64,000 bases of DNA from the human T2T-CHM13v2.0 reference genome, Homo sapiens. Made by a program: the position numbers and the translations under genes. Location of the stretch: assembly GCF_009914755.1 (NCBI RefSeq), contig NC_060926.1; one strand, written 5' to 3'. The notes under the pieces are model-generated. The model saw nothing but the letters and a program-made list of their open reading frames with translations, was not told the origin of the DNA and did no database searches. Positions within the stretch are counted from its first letter, which is position 1. Each line of letters starts with the position of its first letter. Of this stretch, positions 1 to 10,496 are shown piece by piece.

Positions 1-170
1 TAGGATTCAGGAGATCAATATTAGAGTCCAGAACTTACTAACTAGTGTGTGACTTGGGCAAGTCATAAAGCCTGAGGGTTTCTGATTTTATCATCTCTCC
101 ATTTCTACTTGTCATGGGTCGTGAATTACGGAGTCAAATCATTATGAAAATATATGTGACGTGATTTGTT
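1..170 (+). mobile_element. MIR fragment
   Basis: acttactaactagtgtgtgacttgggcaagtca...agcct MIR core. Confidence 0.55.
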
Positions 171-363
171 GAAATGTCAAGGAGACATTGCCTAGTAAAA
201 CCAAAATGACCCATTATTTTTAGTATTACTTAATACTGATGATTAAGTATTAAATTGAAAAACATTGCAGACAATCCCCTCAACCTGTGTCAGAATTCAT
301 ATTGAGAGAGATACAGAAACTGAATTGAAAACATTTTCAGAGTAGATTTTGTTTGTCTTGTAG

Positions 364-443
364 GCATTTTGTTCCCAACATCACCTTTGGTCACCCTGTG
401 GTAGAAAGCCTTCGAAAGCAGCTAGGCCAGGACCCTTTCTTTG
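364..443 (+). CDS. RPE: RPE coding exon 2 ((G)[26 protein letters not shown](D))
   Basis: ttgtag|G acceptor at 362-363 and G|gtaagt donor at 444; 80 nt; the DGHFVPN..TFG motif of the ribulose-phosphate epimerase family; phase matches the next exon. Confidence 0.97.
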
Positions 444-639
444 GTAAGTGGGTGTTACGCCATCTGAAGCTGGATGTGTTGCTCAAGTAAAGGAAAACTG
501 GATGGTTGATTTTAACTTCCAAGTTCATCTGGCACCCTTTCCCCAACTTTCCTATCCTGGGTCTTCATTGGCCTGACTCCAGTAACAAGCCAAACTTCTT
601 CCTGCCTCTGGGCCTTGGCTAATCTGCATGGAAAGGTAG

Positions 640-905
640 TAGCTTGGCTGGCTGCCTCATCTTTGGGCCTCAAGTCATTTGTCATTTCCTCAGAGAGGCC
701 TTTTTGAGCGTCCTCTCCCAAATTAACCTTTATCCAATTATCTTATCACCTGTTGATTTTCCTCTGAGAACTTCCTTTGATCTGCGATTACTTTTATTAG
801 ACTATAAACTCTCTGAGGGCGGGGATTGAATCCAGTTTGTTTACTGTGGTTTTCCTAAAGCTAAGCATAGACATGATCAGGGCTCAGTGTAATTGTTAAG
901 TGAAT
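640..905 (+). mobile_element. L2 3' end fragment
   Basis: gactataaactctctgagggc...ctcagtgtaattgttaagtgaa resembles the L2 3' terminus. Confidence 0.5.
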
Positions 906-1127
906 TTATGAATCAGTTGATTTATGGTCCAGAAGCCATTTATTTTGTGCAAATTGGAGCTTTCTACAAGTGGTGCCTAAATATTCACTCCAATGTCCTA
1001 GTACAATGTAAATTAAGATTTTTAAGATTACTTAGTGGCCTACAAGTGATTTATGTTAAGTTAGCAATGTCTCACCTGCCAGATCTCTTAAACATGAGAA
1101 ATTTTACACATTTTTATAAATAGTGTT

Positions 1128-1269
1128 ATTTATTTTTTTCTTTTTTTTAAAATAGAGACTGAGTTTCGCCATGTTTCCCGGGCTAGTCTCAAACTCCTGG
1201 GCTCAAGCAATCCACCTGCCTTGGCCTCCCAAAGTGCTAGGATTACAGGCTTGAGCCACCAGCCTAGCC
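1128..1269 (-). mobile_element. FLAM / Alu left monomer
   Basis: ctcctgggctcaagcaatcc...cccaaagtgctaggattacagg with a T-rich tail. Confidence 0.85.
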
Positions 1270-1356
1270 ATAAATAGTTTTTTTAACGTAGCTTACAATT
1301 TAGTAGAACTTAGATTCTTTTTAATCAGCATATTGCTGACCAGTTTTATGAAGGAC

Positions 1357-1778
1357 TCTGTGCTGTTCACTATGGTAGTCATAAGCCACATGTAGCTATT
1401 AAAATTAAATAAACTTAAGTTCATGACCAGAATGGCCAACATGGTGAAACCCTGTCTCTACTAAAAATTCAAAAATTAATCAGGCGTGGTGGCAAACACC
1501 TATAATCCCAGCTACTCAGGAGGCTGAGGCATGAGAATCACTTGAACCTGGGAGGTGGAGATTGTAGTGAGCTGAGGTCATTCCACTGCACTCCAGCCTG
1601 AGTGACAGTGTGACACTCCATGTCAAAAAAAAAAAATTTTTTTTAAATTAAATAACATAAACTTAAAAATTCGGTTTCTTATTCACGTTAATCACATTGC
1701 AAGTCTTCAGTAGTCACATATTGTACAGTGCAGCTATGGGACATTTCCAATATCACAGAAAATTCTGTTGAATATAGT
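1357..1778. mobile_element. MER3/MER33-like hAT-Charlie MITE split by a 5'-truncated + strand Alu (about 1418-1636)
   Basis: ctgtgctgttcactatggtag...agccacatgtagctatt and cacagaaaattctgttgaatatag ends; Alu with poly-A in the middle. Confidence 0.65.
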
Positions 1779-2351
1779 CTCCAGCCTCTGTGTAGGATCT
1801 ATCTACTTTGAGTTCACCAAAGAAAATGTACATTATTACCTCATTTATGTGGCATGAGGAAACAATGTTCCACCAATATATTCACCATTTTGAAATTTCC
1901 ATATAATGGGATATAGTCCTCTGATTATCTAAACTTTCTTTTAAGCCATGATTAGCTTATATAGCAGATACCGTGACTTTTCCTATGAATTACGGTTGTT
2001 CTCATGACCATGAGAGGTAGATGAAATAAATAGCATTGTTTTCTCCCACTGTACAACCAATGGCCAGAATCCTCGCTTCTGGCTTGCTTGTGTGAATTTT
2101 TTTAATGCTTGCTTTTTTTCCCCTTTTCGCTCCCTTTTATTTGGGCTCCCATTGTCACACCATACTATTGTCTATATCCCTTCCTGTCAGTGCCTTTCCT
2201 TTTAGCAATCCTGTGTTGCTGCCACCACACACAATCTGCTTTTTCTTCTTGTTTTTAATTTGTTGATAAACTTGCTAATTAATCTTTCTAGAATTTGGTC
2301 TAAAAGATAAATGAACTCCATTCACTTTAATGTTTGGGTTTTGTGACCCTT

Positions 2352-2686
2352 GTTTTTTGGTTTTTCGCTTTTTGTTGTTGTTGTTGTTGTTGCTTTAAGA
2401 GACAGACTCCGTCTATTACCCAGGCAAGAGTACAGTGGTACAGTCATAGCTCACTGCATCCTTGAACTCCTGGGCTCAAGCAATCCTCCCGCCACAGCTA
2501 TAGCTAAGACTACAGGTGTGTGCCACCACAACCGGCTATTTTTTTTTTTTTTTTTTTTTTACTTTTTGTAGAGATGGGATCTCCCTGTATTGCCCAGGCT
2601 AATCTTGAATGCTTGGGCTCAAGCCATCCTCCTGCCTTGGCTTCCCAAAGTGTTGTGATAGTAGGTGTAAGTCACTGAGCCCGACT
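2352..2686 (-). mobile_element. AluJ-type
   Basis: Dimeric antisense Alu with (GTT)n-decayed tail and J-type gggctcaag motifs. Confidence 0.85.
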
Positions 2687-2897
2687 ACCTTTGTTTTTTA
2701 TATTGAGAAACATTTGTTTAATTCTTGGATTTTGGTTGTTGGATAATTGATACATGAATGTATTCTAGGACCTAGATTACATGTTGTGTTGTATATGTAA
2801 CGCTAACATTCTTAACTGTTCAGTTTTCATATTGAGTAGAAATAAATGTCTAAGAAATACAGTGATGGGAAAAGTCTGTTCCTGTTATTGTCTAAAT

Positions 2898-4633
2898 CAG
2901 TGATCCTCAAGTATGTTGTATAAGGACCCACACAAATCCTTAAGACCCTTTCGGGTCATCCATGAGAGTATATCAAAACTATTTTCATAATCCTAAGAAA
3001 TTATTTGCCATTATTTCTACTGATGGTACAAAAACATTGATGAGTTAGTTTGCTGGTGCCTTAACCAACTCAAGGCAGGGACTGTATCAGGAGTTATTCT
3101 TCATCATCATGCATTTGCAATAAATATCCTTGATGAAGCAGTACAAATTAATAAATCTTGGTCCCTGAATACATGCCTTTTTAATATTTTGTGTGGCAAA
3201 GTAGGAAGTGCATATAAAGTGCTTGTGCTGCATTGCTGCATACTGGAACATAATGGTTTTCTCAAGGAAAACCACTTGCACCATAGAGGTGTGATCTGAA
3301 CTAGCTGCTTTCCTCCAGAACACTATGTTTGTTTGAAAGAACAACTGACAGATCAACTATGGTTTTTCAGACCTGGCTATTTTAATGACATTTAAAAAAT
3401 ATTAACTAAATGAGGCTGTCTCTTCAAGGAAAGATACCTTGTCAGTTTTTGTTCCCAAAATTAGAATTTTAAAAAACTTGTGTATCTTACCACTCTGGGT
3501 TTGATAGCGTCCCAACAGTTAACAAGCTTTTCTGATGAGATCTGTAGTTATTTTACCAAATGTGATTTTGGGGTACTATGGAATGAAATCTGTCACTATT
3601 TGTAAGATGTGTGTAACTCAGTAAATCAGTACTTAAAAGACCCATTCAAAATACAAGACAAACAATGGGTTTTAATGTAACAAAGAATGAAAAGCTCATT
3701 GATAGGGTTTACAGAGTGCACACTGCAGCTAACCTTTATAAAATTACCACCCAGCACATTTAAGATAGGCTAGGCTAAGCTATGATGTTTGGTGTGTTAG
3801 GTATATTAAATGCAGTTAGAGATAACAGTATTTTCAATTTAGATTGAGTTAATTGGGATGTAACCCCATTGTAAGTTACAGAACATCTGTATTACAACAG
3901 ATTAGATACAGAACAGATGTGAGAATATAGGTGTCTTCTGTTAAGCCAGACACTGAAAACTTGCAAAAATGTAAAACAAATAATACCACTCTTAATTAAT
4001 AGGTAATAGAGTTATCCTTTTTTTTTTTTTTTTTGAGACAGTCTTGCTCTGTCACCCAGGCTAGAGTGCAGTGGTGGCCTTCATACCTCACTGAAGCTTC
4101 AGTCTTGATGGGCTCCAGCAGTCCTCCCACCTCACCTCTCCCCTCCAGTAGCTGGGACTGCAGGGGCACACTACCATGCCTAGCTAATTATTCTGTTGTT
4201 GTTGAGAAGGAGTCTTACTATGTTGCCCAGGATGGTCTCAAACTGGGCTCAAGCCATCCTCCCTCCTCAGCCTCCTAAGATTATAGGTGTGAGCCACCAA
4301 ACCCGCCAAAAATTACATGCTTTAAAATGTCTTAGTTTGAATTTCTCATACATTAAATATCTATAAATATAATCCATATCAACAGAAGTTTCTTGGGGTC
4401 TTTAATAATTTTTAAGAGTGTAAACTCCTGGGCTCAAGCAATCCACTTGCCTTGGCCTCCCAAAGTGCCAGGATTACAGGCTTGAGCCACCGCACCTAGC
4501 CATATATAGTGTTTTTTTAATGTAACTTAGAATTTAATAGACCTTAGATTCTTTTTAATCAGCATATTGTTGACCAAGTTTATGAATAATAGATTATGAT
4601 TATAATAGATGATAGAATGATTGGGAATTGCTG
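2898..4633 (+). mobile_element. Charlie1-type hAT DNA transposon relic with nested MER47-like Tigger fragment (3752-3889), AluJ (-, 4018-4308) and a templated insertion (4422-4586)
   Basis: 5' end cagtgatcctcaag...agaccctttc...tcaaaactattttcataat; 3' end ttggggtctttaataatttttaagagtgtaaa and ttgggaattgctg; MER47 motif ggctaggctaagctatgatg...aacatctg. Confidence 0.65.
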
Positions 4634-4789
4634 ATCTAATGTTAACTATGCACAGATTTGCTGAACCATTGACTCCCTGAACACCATAGAACTTCTCCAT
4701 TGAGGGTTGCTAGTGGTTACTGGATGCTAGAGGTTGAGTAAGGATGACATAGCTAGCAGTCTGGTAACTTAAGGAATGAATAGAGTAGG

Positions 4790-5093
4790 TTTTTTTGTTT
4801 TTTGTTTTTTTTTTGAGATGGAGTCTCGCTCTGTCGCCCAGGCTGGAGTGCAGTGGAGCGATCTCGGCTGACTGCAAGCTCCGCCTCCTGGATTCACGCT
4901 GTTCTGCCTCAGCCTCTCGAGTAGCTGGGATTACAGGCGCCCGCCACCACGCCCAGCTAATTTTTTTGTATTTTTAGTAGAGATGGGGTTTCACCGTGTT
5001 AGCCAGGATGGTCTCGATCTCCTGACCTCGTGATCCACCCGCCTTGGCCTCCCAAAGTGCTGGGGTTACAGGCGTGAGCCACCGCGCCCGGCC
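4790..5093 (-). mobile_element. AluY/Sc-type, full length
   Basis: CpG-rich antisense Alu; gagtaggt repeated on both flanks (TSD). Confidence 0.92.
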
Positions 5094-5109
5094 TGGAGTA
5101 GGTATTTTA

Positions 5110-5345
<236 letters not shown>

Positions 5346-6677
5346 GTTCTCATACAATTACTTTTGCTGGATTAGAAATACAAACGTTAATCTTGACTTT
5401 ATTAGTCAAGCTTTATACTTTCTTTTTCTGACTTTTTTTTTTCAAGGCTTTATTGTATTTCATAATTGTTCTGAAATGTTAGAATTTTTTTCTTAAATAT
5501 AGCTTGGCTGTTTCAGAAATGTGCTTCCTCTAGCAAAATAAAAAACTTAAAACCTCTCCTCACTACCATCTATCAAACACAGGATTCTTCACAGTGTTAT
5601 TTCTTGGTTTAGCTTGTTTTAAGCTGCCCTCTCCTTCTTATGAAATGCTATTATGTTTTAAATCAAGATCTTTAAGAAGGCCATGCCCATTTTCACCTTA
5701 TGTGTTTATATGAATCAAGCTTTAGAATTAGGATGAATATCAGGTTTCTTGCAGTCAACATGTCCTTCCCCCTAAATTTGTTCTTGCAGTCTTGCCTCTC
5801 AATTAATGGCAGTTCCGTTCTTCTAGTTGATAAGGTCAAAATCCTTGATGCCATCTTTATTTTCCTCTCATCTATCTATCCATGGAGGATCCTCTTATCC
5901 TCCACATCTCATCTATCCTCAGCTCTCTTTGCTCTTATTTAAGAACATATCCATCCCGAATTGCTGCCATCATTTTTCACCTGGGTTATTGCTATCGTAG
6001 CTTCCTCAGTCGATAGTATCTTGTCACTTCACTGTGGTGGTTTTTCCCAGTGGCCTGCAGAATGCTGAAGGGTTTCTCCTCACCACATGCTTCCCTGACC
6101 TCTGACTGGTGTATCTCCTTCCCCAGGCACACCAGCCATATTAACTGCCAACCTAGTGTGCATTTTACTTACTTATTTTGTTTATTGTTTGACTCTCGCA
6201 TTAAGAATGTAATCCCTATGACAGGAGAGTTTCATGTTTTTGCTCTAACCCTAGGACCTAGAATAATTAATGATGCAGCAATAGCTCGATAAATTGAAAG
6301 AATAAATGAAAAGGATCACTTAATTTTTCCTAGAGGAAACTAGTTTGCATGGATAGTATGACTTATTCTTTAAGTTTTTTAGAGTGGCATTTCCTGGACC
6401 TGGACCTAGATTTCCTGATTTTTAGATGTTAACTTTTTATATACAGCACTGTATGCTTTTTGTGGGAAAATAGTGTTTTTTGTAAATGAATTTAAATAAA
6501 TCCTTGTCTTCAAAATAAGAGGAAACTACCTATACTGAATTAGAACTATTTAAATAATGATTTGTGTGATGGCCAAAGAGTTCTTATCAGAAGTGGCAAA
6601 AACTACATACAGGTTGGCTTCCAATAACATGAGCCAGGTATTTTTCAGTAATATTTTGAAGTGTCTTTTCTTTCTAG

Positions 6678-6817
6678 ACATGCACATGATGGTGTCCAAG
6701 CCAGAACAGTGGGTAAAGCCAATGGCTGTAGCAGGAGCCAATCAGTACACCTTTCATCTCGAGGCTACTGAGAACCCAGGGGCTTTGATTAAAGACATTC
6801 GGGAGAATGGGATGAAG
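6678..6817 (+). CDS. RPE: RPE coding exon 3 (DMHMMVSKPEQWVKPMAVAGANQYTFHLEATENPGALIKDIRENGMK)
   Basis: tttctag|AC and AAG|gtaaga; 140 nt; carries the metal-binding DxHxM motif; lies inside ORF 6557..6847. Confidence 0.97.
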
Positions 6818-6908
6818 GTAAGAAATCGTGATGAGAGTGTTTTGTAACATTCACTCTCAGTTGGGAAGATTTGTGGGAAACAGGAAATTTTCTCTTTTTT
6901 TGATACAG

Positions 6909-6962
6909 TCTTGCTCTGTCACCCAGGCTGAAGTGCAGTGGCACAGTCAGGGCCCATTGCAG
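6909..6962 (+). CDS. RPE: Candidate alternative in-frame Alu-derived RPE cassette exon (SCSVTQAEVQWHSQGPLQ)
   Basis: T-rich tract + atacag| acceptor and CAG|gtaaag donor; 54 nt, phase 0/0, no stop; sequence is an antisense Alu right-arm fragment. Confidence 0.6.
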
Positions 6963-7211
6963 GTAAAGAATACCTTACTTAAGCAGCTGTTCTTCAGCTA
7001 TGATGCCAGGATTTAACTTCTTTGTCACATAGCATTTATGTATTCCACTAAAGTTTTCTGAAAGCTACTGCTTGTTGAAAATACTTACATTTAATAGTCT
7101 TGTTAACTTTTAAAAAATAAGAACAGATATTTCTACTGGGCCTGCTATGCCACAATAATATAATACAGAAGTAATTGTAAATGTGATATAGCATATTTGT
7201 GTCTGTTACAG

Positions 7212-7346
7212 GTTGGCCTTGCCATCAAACCAGGAACCTCAGTTGAGTATTTGGCACCATGGGCTAATCAGATAGATATGGCCTTGGTTATGACAGTGGA
7301 ACCGGGGTTTGGAGGGCAGAAATTCATGGAAGATATGATGCCAAAG
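7212..7346 (+). CDS. RPE: RPE coding exon 4 ([45 protein letters not shown])
   Basis: ttacag|GTT and AAG|gtaaaa; 135 nt; signature [10 protein letters not shown] substrate loop. Confidence 0.97.
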
Positions 7347-7554
7347 GTAAAAGAAGTATTTGATTTTGGGGTGAGGCTTTTACAGTGTGTTCATTCAGTA
7401 AGCATTTATTGAAAGGCTTGTATATTTAGGCATAACCTGTTCTGAAGGTGAGGAGATGGGGATGCTTACAGATCATTCTAATACAGTATAATAAATGCTG
7501 TAATAGATTTCTGATTTGGAAATCAGAGAAGTATTACATCTTTATCTTGAAATT

Positions 7555-7848
7555 TTCTCTTTCTTTGAGACAAAGTCTTGCTCTGTCACCTGGGCTGGAA
7601 TGCAGTAATTCAATTAGGGTTCATTGCAGCCTTGACCTCCTGGACTCAAGAGATCCTCCTGCCTCGGCCCCCTGAGTAGCTAGGACTACAGGTGCATACC
7701 ACCATGCCCGGCTAATTCTTACACATTTTAGTAGAGAGGAGGTCTCACTACGTACCCAGGCTGGTCTTGAACTCCTGGGCTTAAGCTGTCCTCCCACCTT
7801 GGTCTGCCAAAGTGTTGGGATTACAGGTGGCAGCCAACCACGCCTGGA
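7555..7848 (-). mobile_element. AluJ-type
   Basis: Dimeric antisense Alu in RPE intron 4. Confidence 0.85.
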
Positions 7849-8177
7849 AGTCTTGAAATTTCCTTTTGAAACTATTATCTCTAACTTTTAGATCTCTTGG
7901 AAGTTGTCATTGACTATTGAGGATTTGTCTGTCTTGTTTACATGACAGTCTCTGCAAAGACAATACAGATTGCTGTTTGCCAAATAGAACAAAGCTTGCT
8001 ATTAAAAACCAAGTGTTCCCCAGTAATATGTTGTATTGGTATAGTTATTGTGTGAGACAATTGGAGTTTTAATTGCTAATATTTGCTGTTGGATTTTTTT
8101 GTTTGATTGTCCCCCACCCCCACCCCCACCAACATACCCACTTTAGGAGTTACTTATTTCCTCATGTATATATCTAG

Positions 8178-8264
8178 GTTCACTGGTTGAGGACCCAGTT
8201 CCCATCTTTGGATATAGAGGTCGATGGTGGAGTAGGTCCTGACACTGTCCATAAATGTGCAGAG
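8178..8264 (+). CDS. RPE: RPE coding exon 5 (VHWLRTQFPSLDIEVDGGVGPDTVHKCAE)
   Basis: tctag|GTT and GAG|gtgaga; 87 nt; catalytic EVDGG motif. Confidence 0.97.
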
Positions 8265-8428
8265 GTGAGATTGCTCTTCAACTATGACTAGACCAATTTC
8301 CCGTCAAATATGTCTCCAGGACATTGTCTCATGGGCCAGCGATTCCCTCTGTGGTTCCTAAGTTGACTTTCTTTCTTGGAAAAGTATTTTTTGTTCACAT
8401 GTACAACTAGGAAAATAAACAGCCATAA

Positions 8429-8749
<321 letters not shown>

Positions 8750-9406
8750 CGTAAGTGGATATTCTAAAATCACATAAATTGTTAAAATTGTAAATCCTGG
8801 TTTTCTCAGGAAGGCTGAAGAAAGTTCTTTTTTATAAAAGAATATGTTGAATTTCAGCCCTTTGGAAGATCATTAAGTTTCACGGCCTTGGAAGTGAGAA
8901 ATTTTTCCAAAATACGGAATTAAAAGGTACTACCAAGGGGGGAAAATAGATAAATCTAATTGACCTAATTATTACATTATTCTTTAGAACCTACATATTA
9001 TTTAGTTGTTCCTTGTAAGAACTTGCTAGAACCATTTTTGATGAAAATCTAGGCCTGATACCTCTTTGGCTATCTGTATAGAAGTAAAAACTTTTTTTTA
9101 CTTTTTTTTTTTTTTCAGATAGCTAGTCTAGCATAGTCAGGCTCCTGAGGATGCCAGCCCTTCTGGTAGCACTGCAAGTGATTAAAGCTTACATGACTGC
9201 TTTTCTTCCACAGTGTGATGTATCTACTTCCAGGTTCTTGTATAACTGCCACACGTTTCTGCTTGATATATACCTATCAAAAGCTTGACAGTAGTAAATA
9301 CTTATGCAGGAGGGGCTGGCCAGATGATGAGTGAGCTCATATCCTTTTGATCGCTTGTGGAATTGCTTTGTACTAAACTGTGCTTTGCCAGTATACTATT
9401 CCTGCT

Positions 9407-9535
9407 TTTATGCCAGAGGTAGCAAATTTTTTGTGTGAAAAATCAGACCTTGGCGATGACCTTAAACAGCAGGATATGAAGAACTCCCACAAGCTTAGCG
9501 TTCCAATAATGGAACACTAGGCATAAATGGGTTAA
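9407..9535 (-). mobile_element. MER85 (PGBD3-derived piggyBac MITE)
   Basis: On -: TTAA-CCCATTTATGCCT-AGT-GTTCCATTATTGGAAC-GCTAAGC...GGTCATCGCCAAGGTCTGATTTT...CTGGCATAAA; the far TIR lacks its last few bases and TTAA. Confidence 0.9.
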
Positions 9536-10373
9536 CTGAAGAGAATATTTGCAGTGTTAACCCTATAAAACTCACCTTTATAATTTCTGTGAGGAATATT
9601 GTTAGAAATGTTGTCATACATGAAGTGACACTATCTGTCTGGAAAAATTTTCCTCAGCCTGTGGTTCTCCCACTTCTCCCTCTTTGTTCTAGCAATGAAT
9701 CACAAAACAGATTGGGTTTCCATCCTTGAATCAGATCCTAGGAAGATCAGAGTTAAATTTGGACCCAATTTTTTAGCTTTTCTTTTTCAATTTCTTTGCT
9801 TCCATATTTAAATGTATCTTAAAAACTTTTTTAAAGCCACTTCAAAACCATTCTGAAATGCAATGAAGTATAAAGAGACATTCTATTTTTTGACACAAAA
9901 ACGAGAACTCACTTAATTTTGCCGTAGTTTATGGATAATTTTACATTTTTAGCAATAATTGTCCTTTCACACTCACAAATTCATATAAATATAATTCAAA
10001 GAATAAAAGTGTTTTTTTAGTAACTGTAGAGGCATTGGTGCATATTGGGAAAAACCTTAGTGGACTTGAGGAGTAAAGGCTTTTAAACCTTATCTAAAGG
10101 TCGCAAAGATACCATGTAGATTATTAAGAGTTGGTTTACCAGAAAGGTCAATGATTTCTTAGACACATTTAAAAATAGTCTGACATCCTCATCTGTGAAC
10201 ATTTTAAATTTTTCTTATTGAACTAGATTGCTTAAGTCTGCTTAATCTCAAAGTGGCTCTCATATGATTGAAATGTTGACAGATGCAAGGGTAGACACTC
10301 TAGTCCAGGAATTCTGTTTTAGGTTTTTCTACATTTTCCTTTGAGGCATAACCTAACTGTTTACTTCTTCCAG

Positions 10374-10496
10374 GCAGGAGCTAACATGATTGTGTCTGGC
10401 AGTGCTATTATGAGGAGTGAAGACCCCAGATCTGTGATCAATCTATTAAGAAATGTTTGCTCAGAAGCTGCTCAGAAACGTTCTCTTGATCGGTGA
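10374..10496 (+). CDS. RPE: RPE last coding exon (AGANMIVSGSAIMRSEDPRSVINLLRNVCSEAAQKRSLDR*)
   Basis: CCTAAC branch point ~10352, cttccag|GCA acceptor; AGA..VSGSA phosphate-binding motif; TGA at 10494-10496. Confidence 0.97.
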   Translation, partial: AGANMIVSGSAIMRSEDPRSVINLLRNVCSEAAQKRSLDR

